Origin: Octopus vulgaris
Lineage: Eukaryota
Length of the DNA: 64,000 nt
Direction: 5' to 3'
Assembly (NCBI GenBank): GCA_951406725.2
Contig: OX597835.1
Coordinates: forward strand, 6,696,001 to 6,760,000
In this document: positions 1-13,820 of the stretch, piece by piece
Layout of the letters: each line of letters starts with the position of its first letter
Numbering within the stretch: position 1 is the stretch's first letter
Translations under genes and position numbers: made by a program
The notes under the pieces: generated by a model
Databases searched by the model: none
Told to the model about the DNA's origin: nothing
What the model saw: only the letters and a program-made list of their open reading frames with translations

Positions 1-747
1 TTCCTGTATCTAAGTTATGCTATATAGATGCCAAGAACTTAGTATGAATTTTCGTTTGTGTTTGCATTTTTCTGATATTGCTGATTTTGAATAAAAGTAG
101 ATCTGGTAGCCTCGAATTCATCAATATTAGTTTTTTTCTCAGTTGTACATGAAACACAGCTTAAAATGCAGCATTAGCTTCTATGTTTGAATGTTCCTGT
201 ATTTTCCATTTAAGCTGTAATTACCGACCGCTTTTATTCGGCGACCAGATGTAGTCGAGCAATTTTGCCTTCCTGATGTTAAATAATAGATTTTGCACTT
301 GAAGTGTCCAATTATTCACCGACATTTAATCTGTCTGTCCACCTAAACACCTGTGCTACATGCAACCTCTTAACAATTTAATTTCGTTCCATCTGTCTCC
401 GTCCTTTCCCGCTTCACTAAATACTCCTTCTCTTCAATTCTTTATTTCTTCTTGTTCTCATTGGGTCATTGCTTTCACATTTTATCTAAAGAATACTTCT
501 CTAAGCGAACAAAGATATTGCCCAGGATAAATATTTGAGTTAGCCTCCATAGCACTGCCATTTCCATAAGGTTTCGAATGGTCTGAAATAACTTCCAACT
601 GATCAATTAATTGAAGAAAGATACGAATGCGATACGGAAAATTAGTGCATAGTTGCATGGAAAAGACTAGCCATTTAAGATCTTTACTGATTATTTTACA
701 TAATACCTTGTCAATCTGACTTTGAGTTATTAAATGCTGGCGTATCA

Positions 748-790
<43 letters not shown>

Positions 791-846
791 GAAATATTAA
801 AATTACTAAGTCTCTCTCAAGGAGATTACGGCAGCGTTACTGGATG

Positions 847-1090
847 TTAATATTTATCGCCATACTAATATGGTAGTCTATAAATATAACAATCCTGAAA
901 CATGTAAACATGTCTGCAGATGTCTGACTAGCAAGGTGAAGCGGCTGACCTCCCCTGTTCGAAGGTTTGTAATGGATGCAGGTTCGTTTGTCAAATAGCT
1001 AGCTAGAGGCGATGGCCTCTTGGAGCTAATCAGCGACAGCTTTAGTCTTATATTTATAGACTACCATATTAGTATGGCGATAAATATTAA
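847..1090. repeat. Fold-back element with ~43 bp perfect inverted arms between (TA)n tracts
   Basis: ttaatatttatcgccatactaatatggtagtctataaatataa (847-889) is the reverse complement of 1048-1090. Confidence 0.85.
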
Positions 1091-1100
1091 TATATATATA

Positions 1101-1483
1101 TCTCTCTATATATAAACGGCAGTTTGTCTGTGTGTGTTTCTGTGTGTCTGTTTGGTTGTACCCTCACTCTGACCACGGCTTTCAACCGATTCTGATGAAA
1201 CTTGACACACACATAGCCCAATGTCATAATTCAAAACTAACGCAGCGAAAATTTTGAAAAGTTCCCCCAGTTCTGAAAAGATCGATAAATTCGACATGGG
1301 GTCGACAATCAGAAACACAAGCCACAGATGGTCTAGGGGACGCAACTCGACCTTTTTAACTATCAAAAAAATTTACCATCATTTTTTTCCCCATTTTTTT
1401 GCTATTTTTTGGCTATAACTCTCTAAATATGCTTTATAGTTATTTCCCTTACAAACCCGAGCAACGCCGGGCGATACTGCTAG
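1101..1483 (+). mobile_element. Non-autonomous Helitron, copy 1
   Basis: Starts 5'-TC and ends CTAG-3'. A GC hairpin (cccgagcaacgccggg) lies just upstream of the end. Inserted between A and T with no TSD. Near-identical copy at 37690-38073. Confidence 0.85.
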
Positions 1484-1513
1484 TATATATATATATGTAT
1501 ATATATATATATG

Positions 1514-1568
<55 letters not shown>

Positions 1569-2259
1569 AGCTTGTTGCAGTTGTAACACTGCGCCACGCT
1601 GGAGCACCACTTTTAAGAATTTCTAAACGGACGAATCAACCCCCAGTACTTACTTTTTTTAAAGCCTGGTACTTATTCTATCGGTCTTCTTATGCCGAAC
1701 CGCTAGGTTATGGGAACGTAAATACACCAAAACCGGTTGTCAAGCGGTGACAGGGGGACAAACTCAGACATAAAGACACACACACACACTCTCACACATA
1801 CGCACGCACGCACACGAGTGAGTGGAGAAAGGAGGGAGAGAGAAATGATGATGGTGGTGGCGATTGGATAGTGAAAAGTGTATTTTTTAAAAGTTTTATT
1901 TTATGTCACCTATCAACGCATGCGCATAAGTGCAATTCCGGGAAATATTAACGCTTATTTACGTGGCAGATATATACAATTTAACTAAAGATTGTATCAT
2001 ATGTACGGGATATTTTTTGGTTTATGGGAAAAATGGAAAAATAAGAGTGAATATTTATTTTATGAGTGCTGTGTACTAAGTCTATAAAATCGTGCATAAA
2101 GTATATAAATGTATATATAAAGTGCATTAAGCAATCATCGTATTCCAATTTCTTTCACTTTTCAATGAGTAGCAGATGAGAGAGTATCTTTCCATACAAA
2201 CGCAATCCAAGCTACACTTCCAGATTTTTTGGATAAAGTTTTCAGAAACAACCCAATAA

Positions 2260-2300
2260 GATTACCATTAATTCCATGAAATTTTCATGGGTCCCGCTAG
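2260..2300 (+). mobile_element. Probable 3' terminus of a second Helitron family
   Basis: Hairpin ccatgaaattttcatgg followed by gtcccgCTAG|T. The 5' end was not located. Confidence 0.4.
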
Positions 2301-2624
2301 TATATATAAATAATATGATATAATTATTTTCAGGATTCACTAGAATCAAGGTATTTTAATAACAAAGGAATCAAGGAAGAGTCAGGAACAGCGTACCGGA
2401 ATAGTGTAACCGGCACCGAGATAAAAGATTCAATACGCATTATACACTGTTTTATCTTTAATTCACCTGAAGAAAAGGATTTTTTTTACACGAAGTAATT
2501 GATTTCTTCGTCAATAAAAAGCACGTCTGAAACAGCTGTAATGAACTTTAGCACAAATCATACACACACACATACACAATCACACACAGCCACAGACACA
2601 CACACACAGATACAGACACACAGA

Positions 2625-2677
<53 letters not shown>

Positions 2678-3234
2678 TGTTGGTTTGTTCGTTCGAAGCA
2701 GTTCCTACTCTGGAGATTCAGTATCTGTCACAGACTATCAGATGATCAAAATAGTGAATATATAAATATAATTTGTATACATTAATTCCAGAATTTTCTT
2801 TCCTATCTTGTTTTTATGGATAATCACACACATACACACACGCACACATAGACAAAGCCATACACACACACACGCACACATAGACAAAGCCATACACACA
2901 CACACGCACATAAACAGGCGTTCTGACATATTCACCGATACATAGACACATACACAAAAAGACAGGCAGAGCCATACATGAATACACACCTGTCGAATAC
3001 ATACACACGGTGACACACAGACAGGTAGACATTGTTTTGATGCATGATGTGACGAAGTACAATGTTTTGCGAAAAACGGTCATAATCGTAGATTCCAGAA
3101 ACGTAGCAGAACACAATTTCAGGAGACATTTACGAACGGAAACAATACTATTTATTATTTCGCTCTATCTCATCGTAGTTCTTCATTCTCTACAAATCCA
3201 CTGAGGTAGATATAACACAATATATATATATATA

Positions 3235-3397
3235 GGCGCAGGAGTGGCTGTGTAGTAAGTAGCTTGTTTACCAACCACATAGTTCCGGGTTCAGTCCCAT
3301 TGCGTGGCACCTTGGGCAAGTGTCTTCTACTATAGCCTCGGGCCGACCAATGCCTTGTGAGTGGATTTGGCTGACGGAAACTGAAAGAAGCCCGTCG

Positions 3398-3430
<33 letters not shown>

Positions 3431-3648
3431 GCGTGTGTGTGTTTGTGTGTCTGTGTTTGTCCCCCTATCATTGCTTGACAACCGATGCTGGTGTGTTTAC
3501 GTCCCCGCAACATAGCGGTTCGGCAAAAGAGACCGATAGAATAAGTACTGGGCTTACAAAAGAATAAGTCCCGGGGTCGAGTTGCTCGATTAAAGGCTGT
3601 GCTTCAGCATGGCCGCAGTCAAATGACTGAAACAAGTAAAAACGAAAG
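3235..3648 (+). mobile_element. tRNA-derived SINE family A, full length
   Basis: A-box-like tggctgtgtagtaag, B-box-like gggttcagtccc, internal (TA)n(TG)n, and 3' end ...gcatggccgcagtcaaatgactgaaacaagtaaaa. More than 12 copies in the window. Confidence 0.88.
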
Positions 3649-3685
<37 letters not shown>

Positions 3686-3769
3686 GTTAATCCAAACATG
3701 AAAACACAAAGAGAAAACATAACAACGCGAGGACGTGGAACAAATATAGGAAGGAAGGGAAGAAAGAGG

Positions 3770-3804
3770 GTTTAACGTTTTGAGCGGAGCTCTTCGTCAG
3801 AAAC
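3770..3804 (-). ncRNA. Minimal type I hammerhead ribozyme motif (G12 mutated) inside a ~190 bp repeat at 3685-3875
   Basis: Minus strand reads gttt-CTGACGA-a-gagc(tcc)gctc-AAAAC-GTT-aaac. Stems I and II pair and stem III is the palindrome AACGTT. Homologous element at 40905-41105. Confidence 0.6.
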
Positions 3805-3873
3805 ATAGGATAAGGAAAGATCCAGAGAAGGGAAGACAGAGGGAAAAATCGCCAACGGTACACACGAGGTCAC

Positions 3874-3908
<35 letters not shown>

Positions 3909-3939
3909 CTTTGATAGGTTTCGGCCAGTATAGGCCCAG

Positions 3940-3993
<54 letters not shown>

Positions 3994-4023
3994 CACACAC
4001 ACACACACACACACATAAGTAAA

Positions 4024-4345
4024 GACGCACAGCTTAGTGGTTTGGGTATTCGGCTTACAATCGTGAGGTCGTGAAGTCGATTCCTGGAGGAGCAGTGTGT
4101 TCTTGAGCAAGTCACATAACCTCACGTTGCTCCAATCCACTCGGCTGGCAAAAGATGAGTAGTGCCTGTATTTCAAAAGAGCCAACCTTGTTACAGTTTT
4201 GTGTCGCCTGAATTTCCCCCGAGGTCGACATTAAGTGCACGACTGTCTGCGGAGTGCTCAGCCACTTGCACCTTAATGTCACGAGTGGCCTGTTCCGTTG
4301 ATCGGTTCAATTGTAAACCTGCGTCGTGTTAACCGACGGATATCC
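4024..4345 (+). mobile_element. Older tRNA-derived SINE (family E) sharing its 3' tail with family B
   Basis: Head gcttagtggtttgggtattcggcttacaatcgtgaggtcgtgaagtcgattcc; tail ...ggagtgctcagccacttgcac...ctgttccgttgatcgg...aaccgacgga. Related copies at about 21120-21410 (-), 24405-24690 (+) and 58168-58390 (+). Confidence 0.65.
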
Positions 4346-4887
4346 AGACGCCGAAGCAAATGCGGTGTCGTATTTGCAGCTCCCTCTATCTCTTATTACA
4401 TTTGATTAATCTTAATATTGTGCAAACGATTAAGCACATGTAAGTCTTGTTAAAGACTTGAAGTGCAATTATAAGATAAAGTTAATAATCATACATCAGC
4501 ACATGAGAAAACAACCTTTTTTCCTGTGTATATACATACACACAAACACGTATACACATCTTATCTTATTTGTACCTTCAATAGTAGAGAGAATCGTAGG
4601 GTCTCTGATATGGTATACGTCGCCCCTATAAGCATTTTAACCCTGGTAGAGATCATTCTCTCCATATTTGGAAACTTCAGATTTTCGAAGCTCCTTCTTT
4701 CTCATCAAGAGAGAGAGAGAAAGAGAGAAAGAGAGAGAGTGAGAGAGAGGAGGGAGAGAGGGAGGGAGGGAGGGGGACGAAACAGATAGTAAGGAATTTG
4801 TAAAGAGATTAAAATAATCCACTTTAGCAATGTATAGATTCCGAAAAGATGAAAGGCAAAGCTCATCTCGGCTAAACTTGAATTCAG

Positions 4888-4950
<63 letters not shown>

Positions 4951-5769
4951 GGAACGAATACCCGAGACATTCTGGCGAATCTCGCTTCGGTATGTTCTCG
5001 TTTGTTCCTAATTATTTGAGATCTTCCCTGCTGGAAGGAGCTGGTTTCTAACAAAGATACAAAACTCCGTCGTCAGAATGTAGATAACAAAACAAAACAA
5101 AAAAAATTTAAATCTTAAACTTGAGTAAAGTCACTCATATTTTTACTATTCCACTTACAAAGAATATTTGTAATGTGTGAATTAGTCGGTTGATTTTCTT
5201 TTCCTGAGAACTTTAGCTTAACCAAATTGTTACCACGTATGTAAGCATGTATGTGTGTGTATGTATGTATATATATATACATATATATGTACATATATAT
5301 ACACACACACACACACACACAGATATATGTATATATATGTATATGTGTGTATACTTTCATGTATACATACATAAACACACGTGCATATATATATATATGT
5401 ATATACACACACATAATGCGTCTATATATCTATGTTGTTATATATGTATTAGTGTAACTATGTATATATCAATATGTCTATGAATATCCCTTCCCACTCT
5501 CTGTCCGTTTCTCTTTCTACACGCATACACATATATGCATACACATATAAACACACACACATACAACCACGCACCATCAGATATAATTGTAAGGCGATAA
5601 GAAACTCTCAAGCGAAGAAGCCCCCTCCCCATACACAGCGACTAGTTTCACAGTTCCGGTCCTCGGGCAACTGTTGATTTCGAACGTTGCAGTCTCTTTA
5701 GAGAAATGGCGAGAATTAAAAAGACACATTTCAAAAGATTAGAAAAAAAATCATTCACATTTCTACTAA

Positions 5770-6226
5770 ATACATACATATATACATGCATATATGTATA
5801 CATACATGCATGCATGCATACATACATGCATACATACATGCATACATACATATATGCATACATACATGCATACATGAATGCATCCGTAGATACATGCATG
5901 CTTGCATGTATACATACTAACATAAATACATATATGCATACATACATATATACATACATGTATACATATATATGTGCATACATAGTACATGATACCTGCA
6001 TACTTATATACACACACAAACATACATATACACACACAAACATACCTACATACATACACACATACATACATACATACATACATACATACATGTATACATA
6101 CATACTTACATATATACATGCATACGTACATATGTTCATACATACGTACGTACATATGTACATACATGCATGCTTATATACACACAAACGTACATGCATG
6201 TATACATACTAACATAGCTGTATATA

Positions 6227-6268
<42 letters not shown>

Positions 6269-6610
6269 TACATGCATACATATATACATACATGCATACA
6301 TACATACGTACATACACACATAGATACATATATGAATACATATATACACATATACATGCATGCATACATACATACTTACATACACATATACATGTATGTA
6401 TACATGCATAGTGCATCCATCCACGAATCCATCAATTCACCCACCCACCCATCCATCCCTCCATCCATCCATCCCTCCATCCATCAATCCATCAATCCAT
6501 CCATCCATACATACATCCATCCATGCATACATGCATACATACCTACATTCATACATACATACGTACGTACGTACATGCACACGCATACATACGCAAGCGT
6601 ACACATACAC
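5770..6610. repeat. Compound (TACA)n/(TA)n/(TCCA)n microsatellite
   Basis: Directly visible; source of the YIHT/MYVC pseudo-ORFs. Confidence 0.95.
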
Positions 6611-6996
6611 AACGTCGTTTTGAAGAAGTTAATTGAATAGCGTAACAGATCGAACGAACGAACGAACGGAAGAGATTGCTGAATAAACAGCAAAGAATCA
6701 TTATGAATTATAAAAAAAACATATATAAAAAAAGACAATCAATAAAGTAATCAATGATAAAAGTTAAAAAAAAGGAAAAAAAAAGAACTATAAATAAATA
6801 ATAGATAAATAAAATTAAGTGTAAAGCGTTTATCTCTGAAGGGGTTTACAGAGATAAAAAAATATTGAGGACGAAAATCTGTTTTCTTTTCCTTTTCGTA
6901 GAATAATTCCATAAAGGTACATTGAACCTTCACTTAAAGCAGTTCTTGTCTATAAAAAAACCAAAATCCCCCCAAAACTAATGTTGAATAAGTAAA

Positions 6997-7536
<540 letters not shown>

Positions 7537-7705
7537 TATTTAAGAAGGTGAATGAATTATCCTAGTATGGATAATTCGGTTAACCGATACCTGGGTACCA
7601 AATTCACGTCAGAAAACACGGTTGAAGCTATATGCTAAGGGCAGGGATCCCGTGTTCTCGTGTGTAAATTTGTGTGTTTTTTAAATTTGTGTGTTTTTTT
7701 AACTA

Positions 7706-7740
<35 letters not shown>

Positions 7741-8786
7741 CAGGGGTTTGCTGAAAAGTTCCTAGTTTGAAGGGTATCGCAAAAAAACCTGATTTGGAGG
7801 CCCAACCCTCCGAGTTCTTTTACAGGGTTTAGAAAATCTCACGGACTGGTTCATTAAGTTTGTGAATCTGAGAGGGGAATTTTTGAACAAAATCATAATT
7901 AAACCTTCCCTTTTTTTTGTACGTCACATAGGTGAAAGGTAAAACTGATCTTGGTGGAATTGGAACGCACAACGTAAAGAATCGACATAAAACCAGTTCT
8001 TTTGTCGAATACGTGAGCGATTTTCGCAATCCACTTCTTTTCTGATATATTTTTGTGTTGTAAAAGTCTAAATCCCGGGACCTTTAGTAACGGTATTTAA
8101 CGTTCTTGGTTCAAATCCTACCCCGTACTGGATGGTTATTTTTTTTTAATCGTCAGGTGTGAACGCTGACGTAACCAGCACCGACAAGCATGGAGGGTAA
8201 ATCGGTCGACCACATTTCTTTCCAACATATATGAGGCTTGGTACCAATGTAAAAAAAAAAAAAAATTATCTCCCCGAGTGTTATACGAACCTATATTTTA
8301 CAGGACAACGTATGTGTGTATGGGGACGTGTTTATTATTAGAGAAGAGATATAGATTCAAGACTGGGGGAGAGTTTGGTGAACCGAACGAACTTGGAGTT
8401 CACAGTTCTAAACACAACATCAATCGTACCGAATTCACACCAACTTCCCACTAACTCGCCGTGTGATATTCTACTCTACAGATGTTGGGGGTTATCGCTC
8501 ATCATGTTTAATCTCTTACACATTAATCAGTCGGAATTTTCGTTTCGCTTCCCAAAGAACAGATGCTGTTTGAAAATTCAATTTTGGTTGACTCGGAATT
8601 CTTCACTTTGGCCTCGAAAATTCTTTGACCTCTACAAAACTGCTAAATCTTAATTAAAAGTGTAAAGTGTACACCTTAACATAGATAAATAGCATTTATC
8701 TATTTGTCAGGCTTGTGGTTGGGGAGGTGACTGGAGCAGTATGCTGACGCAATGAGTGTTTGATTTCTTTTACTATAAGTTCCATA

Positions 8787-9062
8787 TGGAGGCGCAATGG
8801 CCCAGTGGTTAAGGCAGCGGACTAGCGGTCGGAGGATCGCGGTTTCGATTCCCAGACCGGGCGTTGTGTGTGTTTATTGAACGAAAACACCTAAAGCTTC
8901 ACGAGGCTCCGGCAGGGGGTGGTGGCGACCCCTGCTGTACTCTTTCACCCCAACTTTCTCTCACTCTTTCTTCCTGTTTTTTGGGTAGCGCTGTGATGGA
9001 CTGGCGTCCCGTCCAGCTGGGGAGGAACACAAACGCCACAGAAACCGGGCCCATGGCTAGGC
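8787..9062 (+). mobile_element. SINE family B with alternative tail 3
   Basis: Family B head (ggaggcgcaatggcccagtggtta...ggtttcgattccc) and body, then ctgtgatggactggcgtcccgtccagctgggg instead of the usual tail. Confidence 0.8.
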
Positions 9063-9564
9063 GCATAAGTAAAAAAAAGTTCTATATATCACTGTGCTGG
9101 GTTCAAATCTATATAAAACCAAAGTTGTCTTTATTCTTTTTTTTCGTCTGTAAATGTGCGAGAGCTTCTTTATCATAAATATCAACACCAGAGCTGTTTC
9201 TATCGATTTTAGCCTGGAACTTATAAAGAAAATAAATGTCTTCATAACAAGTGAAATAAATGTCTTCATACCATGTAAAAAGCGATGTGTTTATGGCAAA
9301 GGCAACATACATTCGATGGCTTATTCACCTTGATACAAATAGGTGTCATGATTATGTAACTCTCACTGGATCAAGAGTGTTGTGTAACTAACGAATGTTT
9401 CGTTCGCTCTTTCGAATGTATTTATACACCTTAAGTGTAAAAGGTATGATAGGAAGACGCTGAAATACTGATTTCAAATTTTGGCAAAAGGTCAGCAATT
9501 TGGGGGAAGGGGGGGGGGAAGTTGATTTATCGACCCTAGTGCTCAAATGGTTCTTATTTTATCG

Positions 9565-9954
9565 GTGGAGGCGCAATGGCCCAGTGGTTAGGGCAGCAGA
9601 CTCGCGGTCACAGGATCGCGGTTTCGATTCCCAGACCGGGCGTTGTGAGTGTTTATTGAGCGAAAACACCTAAAAGCTCCACGAGGCTCCGGCAGGGGAT
9701 GGTGGTGATCCCTGCTGTACTCTTTCACCACAACTTTCTCTCACTCTTACTTCCTGTTTCTCTTGTACCTGTATTTCAAAGGGCCGGCCTTGTCACTCTC
9801 TGTGTCACGCTGAATATCCCCGAGAACTACGTTAAGGGTGCACGTGTCTGTGGAGTGCTCAGCCACTTACACGTTAATTTCACGAGCAGGCTGTTCCGTT
9901 GATTCGGATCAACCGGAACCCTCATCGTCGTAACCGACGGAGTGCTTCCAAACA
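9565..9954 (+). mobile_element. SINE family B, full length with tail 1, nested in a minus-strand family C SINE (~9475-10085)
   Basis: TSD attttatcg at 9556-9564 and 9955-9963. The flanks rejoin into a family C sequence. Confidence 0.9.
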
Positions 9955-10712
9955 ATTTTATCGATCCCAAAAAGGAAAAAAAGGCAAAGTCAACCTCATC
10001 GGAATTTGAACTCAGAACGTAAAGACGGACGAAATGTTGCTACCATATTTCTCGGCGCGGTAACGATTCTGCTCACTGCCTTAAGACGTTGAAATATTAA
10101 ACATCAGACAAGAACCCTTGGTTACCTCCTCTTTGGTTTGCCATTGGTACTTTAGAATCTCTTTTTTTTTTTTCCTGATTATATACCGCACTAGAGCGTC
10201 TCCCATCATATGATGTCGGGTAACTTAAGAAGTATGCTTTCGCCAACAATGCGTACTATCAGGAAATATGGCGTATATACAATAATTATGATTCGACTTT
10301 TATCAAATCTCTAGGTGCTTATACAAAATGATGGAATGAACGCTAATTTTCCACATCCACTAAAAAAATTATTTTCTTAAAATAAAATTAAACAAAAACA
10401 AAATTTCTCATTTGTATATTTGAAATATATAAGCGTCATTATTTTCCTAAATGTTATCACTATAATCACAATCTACTCTTTTGTAAATTTATCTCCGCAA
10501 AATTGCATTTAAAAAGAAAAAGACGAATGTGTATTTTTTTCAGAAAATTAGGACGTTCATCTTATTTTTATGTTAATTCTCTCTACATTTTCCTCCGTCA
10601 CTCTCGATACATAGCAAAGCGTGACTGGAGAAAGGGAGGAAGGAAGGAAGGAAGGACGGAACAAACCAACCAACCAACCAACCAGCATTTATTATCGTTA
10701 TCTTCTAATATA

Positions 10713-10852
10713 AGGTTGTCCCAAAAGTTCGTAGAAAATCTTGGAAAATAATGGTCTTTATTTTGAGGAATAATTTTTGTTGTTTTTGTTAGTACTTGGC
10801 GAGTAAAAATTCAATTTTCGCAAGTGTTTACGAACTTTTGGGACAACCTAAT
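10713..10852. mobile_element. Small MITE (Tc1/mariner-type TIRs)
   Basis: aggttgtcccaaaagttcgta ... tacgaacttttgggacaacct terminal inverted repeats. Confidence 0.7.
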
Positions 10853-11037
10853 ATTTCAGTCATTCGAATGCGGCCATGCTGGGGGACCACCTAGACGGGT
10901 TTAGTCGAATAAATCAACCCGAGTCCTTACGCTTTTAGCCAGTATTTAATCTGTCGGAGTCTTTTGCCGAACCGCTAAGTTACGGACAATATTGTTGCTG
11001 TTGTTGATATTGTTGTTACCGTTATTGTTGTGGTTAC

Positions 11038-11551
11038 TAAGGCGTCGAACTGGCAGCATCGTTAGCACACATGGCAGAATGCTGAGCGGTATTTCGTCTG
11101 CCTCTATGTTCTGAGCTCAAATTCCGCCGGGGTCAACTTTTCCTTTTATCATTTCGGGGTCGTTAGAATGGGTACCGGGGTCGATAGATTCGATTTACCC
11201 CTCCCACTAAATTGCTGGTCTTGTGCCAAAATTTCAACCCGTTATTATTGGTGTTGTTGTTTTTTTAACCCCAATCCTTAACAGAACGACCCTATACTCA
11301 TTTGAATTCCAGCTGTTATTTGTAAGGGTCTTTAGGATTACATTATCTAATATGTTCTTATCCCCGTTTTAAAGGACGCCATCGAACGGCTGTGTGGTAA
11401 GAAGTTTGTTTCCCAGCCACATGGTCCCGAGTTCAGTCCCATTGCGTGGCACCTTGGGCAAGTGGCTTCTACTAGAGCTTCAAGCTAACCTAAGCCTTGT
11501 GAGTGGATTTGGCTGACGGAAAGTGAAAGAAGCTCGTCGTATATATGTATG

Positions 11552-11624
<73 letters not shown>

Positions 11625-11950
11625 GCACACACGCACATGTACGCACACACAGAGTCTTACATACCACATGTACATAAACACATAGACGCGCGCACGCAAC
11701 TGGTACTTAATTTGTCGATCCCGAAATGATAAATTTAGCGAGCTGGCAGAGTCGTTAGCACGTTGGGAAAAAAAATGCTTAGCAGCATTTCGTCCGTCTT
11801 CACGTTCTGAGTTCAAATTCCGCCTGGGTCAGTTTTAACTTTTACGCATTTGGGGTTGACAAAACAAGTACTACTCGAGCACTGAGGTCGATATAATCGG
11901 TTTAGCCCCTCTTCCTAAATTGCTGGGCTTGTGCCAACATTTAAAAACCA
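11038..11950 (+). mobile_element. Cluster of diverged SINEs: family C (11038-11240 and 11735-11950) and a family A 5' half (11387-11540)
   Basis: Match to the ctggcag..cgttagcac...ttctgag.tcaaattccgcc consensus and to the family A head. Confidence 0.7.
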
Positions 11951-12259
11951 ATGTATAACTGGTATTTATTATATTGCAGCTAACTCTCACCACACGCTAT
12001 TGATAAAAGCCAACATCTACCCCAACATAGCCAGACACCAAAGAATGTTTTGTTCAACTTTCTGCCAATTTTGTCAGCAGTCACAATTTTTTTGATTTAA
12101 TATCAATATCAAGAAAGTTAATTTAAGCAAAAAAAAACTTTATTTCCGGCAATTTCAATTAGTTATATTTTATTTTTATAAGTGAGGTGATTAATTTACA
12201 GAGAAATTGTGACTAATTAAAGAAATTTTGTTGAGCTGCAGATTTTAGATTATTAATAA

Positions 12260-12301
12260 TATTGTTATTATTATTAATATTGTTGTTGTTATTATTATTA
12301 C

Positions 12302-12380
<79 letters not shown>

Positions 12381-12444
12381 GTATTTATTATTGTTATTAT
12401 TATTAATATTATTGTTATTATCGTCATCACCATCGTCGTCGTCG

Positions 12445-12477
<33 letters not shown>

Positions 12478-12497
12478 ATATCATCATCATCATCATT
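12260..12497. repeat. (ATT)n/(ATC)n trinucleotide array
   Basis: Directly visible. Confidence 0.95.
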
Positions 12498-12756
12498 GAT
12501 ATTGAGTGAGAGAGCAGTGCATGCCATCAAAGTGACACTGGGGTACAAATATAAAATGCCCGGTGTATCCATCATGATTACCCGACTCATAAGGGTACGC
12601 TAGGCACATGTATCACAACCATATGGGCGTGGCATGGCGATCTCATGTGAAGATAAACATCGCATGACTTTGCAGCTGGGACCCAGTTAGAATTTTTCTT
12701 CAGGTTGAGTAGCCCATTCCGCTCAAAAGGTTTCTAAAGGCAGCAGAGATATCACA

Positions 12757-12802
12757 AAAACTGTTACTCAGAGTTTCACGTTCCCGTTCGCCGGACAGTT
12801 TT
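12757..12802 (-). ncRNA. Type I hammerhead-like motif with two core substitutions, inside an inverted repeat
   Basis: Minus strand reads aaaactgt-CCGGCGA-acg(ggaa)cgt-GAAAC-tctga-GTA-acagtttt. Stem I is 8 bp, stem II is capped by a GNRA loop and the triplet is GUA. The core differs from CUGANGA at U4 and A6. Confidence 0.6.
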
Positions 12803-12984
12803 GTTAAAATCTAATCTATGAGTAGCAATTTTTGTGATATTTCTGCTGCTTTTCAATAAAGCATATTACTCACCTGTGGTATTTGAGTACTCTTTTTTTC
12901 CACCTTGTATCACAAGGTGTATATATATATATATATTTCTCACGTGACCGGTGTATATATATATGTATATATATATTTCTCACG

Positions 12985-13380
<396 letters not shown>

Positions 13381-13381
13381 G

Positions 13382-13712
13382 TTCAGTCCCACAAGTGTCT
13401 TCTACTATAGCCTCGGGCCGACCAAAGCCTTGTGAGTGGATTTGGTAGACGGAAACTGAAAGAAACCTGTCGTATATATGTATATATATATATATGCGTG
13501 TGTGTGTTTGTGTGTCTATGTTTGTTCCCCTAGCATTGCTTGACAACCGATGCTGGTGTGTTTATGTCCCCGTTACCTAGCGGTTCGGCAAAAGAGACCG
13601 ATAGAATAAGTACTGGGCTTACAAAAGAATAGGTCCCGGGGTCGAGTTGCTCGATTAAAGGCGGTGCTCCAGCATGGCCGCAGTCAAATGACTGAAACAA
13701 GTAAAAGAGAAA
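13382..13712 (+). mobile_element. SINE family A, 5'-truncated
   Basis: High similarity to 3235-3648. Confidence 0.85.
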
Positions 13713-13820
13713 AAAAAAAGATATATATATAGTTATATTATATTCGCCCTGTGCTATCAAGTAGTAATATTATAGGTACTTTGAGATTTGCGTTTGCGTT
13801 TCTGTAACATGTGAGTAAAT

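Noticed and set aside
1186-1215. CTGATGAAAC inside Helitron copies 1 and 2
   Set aside because: The two HHR boxes overlap with no stem II; this is part of a common Helitron internal palindrome (aaccgattctgatgaaact).
2334-2500. ttttcAG followed by ~55 open codons (DSLESRYFNNKGIKEESG...)
   Set aside because: No similarity to ADAMTS domains and no convincing donor; cannot be supported as an exon.
5635-5705. Minus-strand hairpin followed by GAAAC-ta-GTC
   Set aside because: No CUGANGA box adjacent to the hairpin and no stem I complement; at best a decayed remnant.
8157-8197. Possible mini-exon (cag|GT GTG AAC...GGA GG|gtaaat) with phase compatible with the 19312 exon
   Set aside because: The peptide lacks the WSxWxxCSxxCG motif expected before that exon; chance splice-like sites are common.
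9699-9902. Recurrent small ORFs such as MVVIPAVLFHHNF... and ...[27 protein letters not shown]...
   Set aside because: Translations of SINE families B and A; the recurrence reflects repeat copy number, not a gene family.
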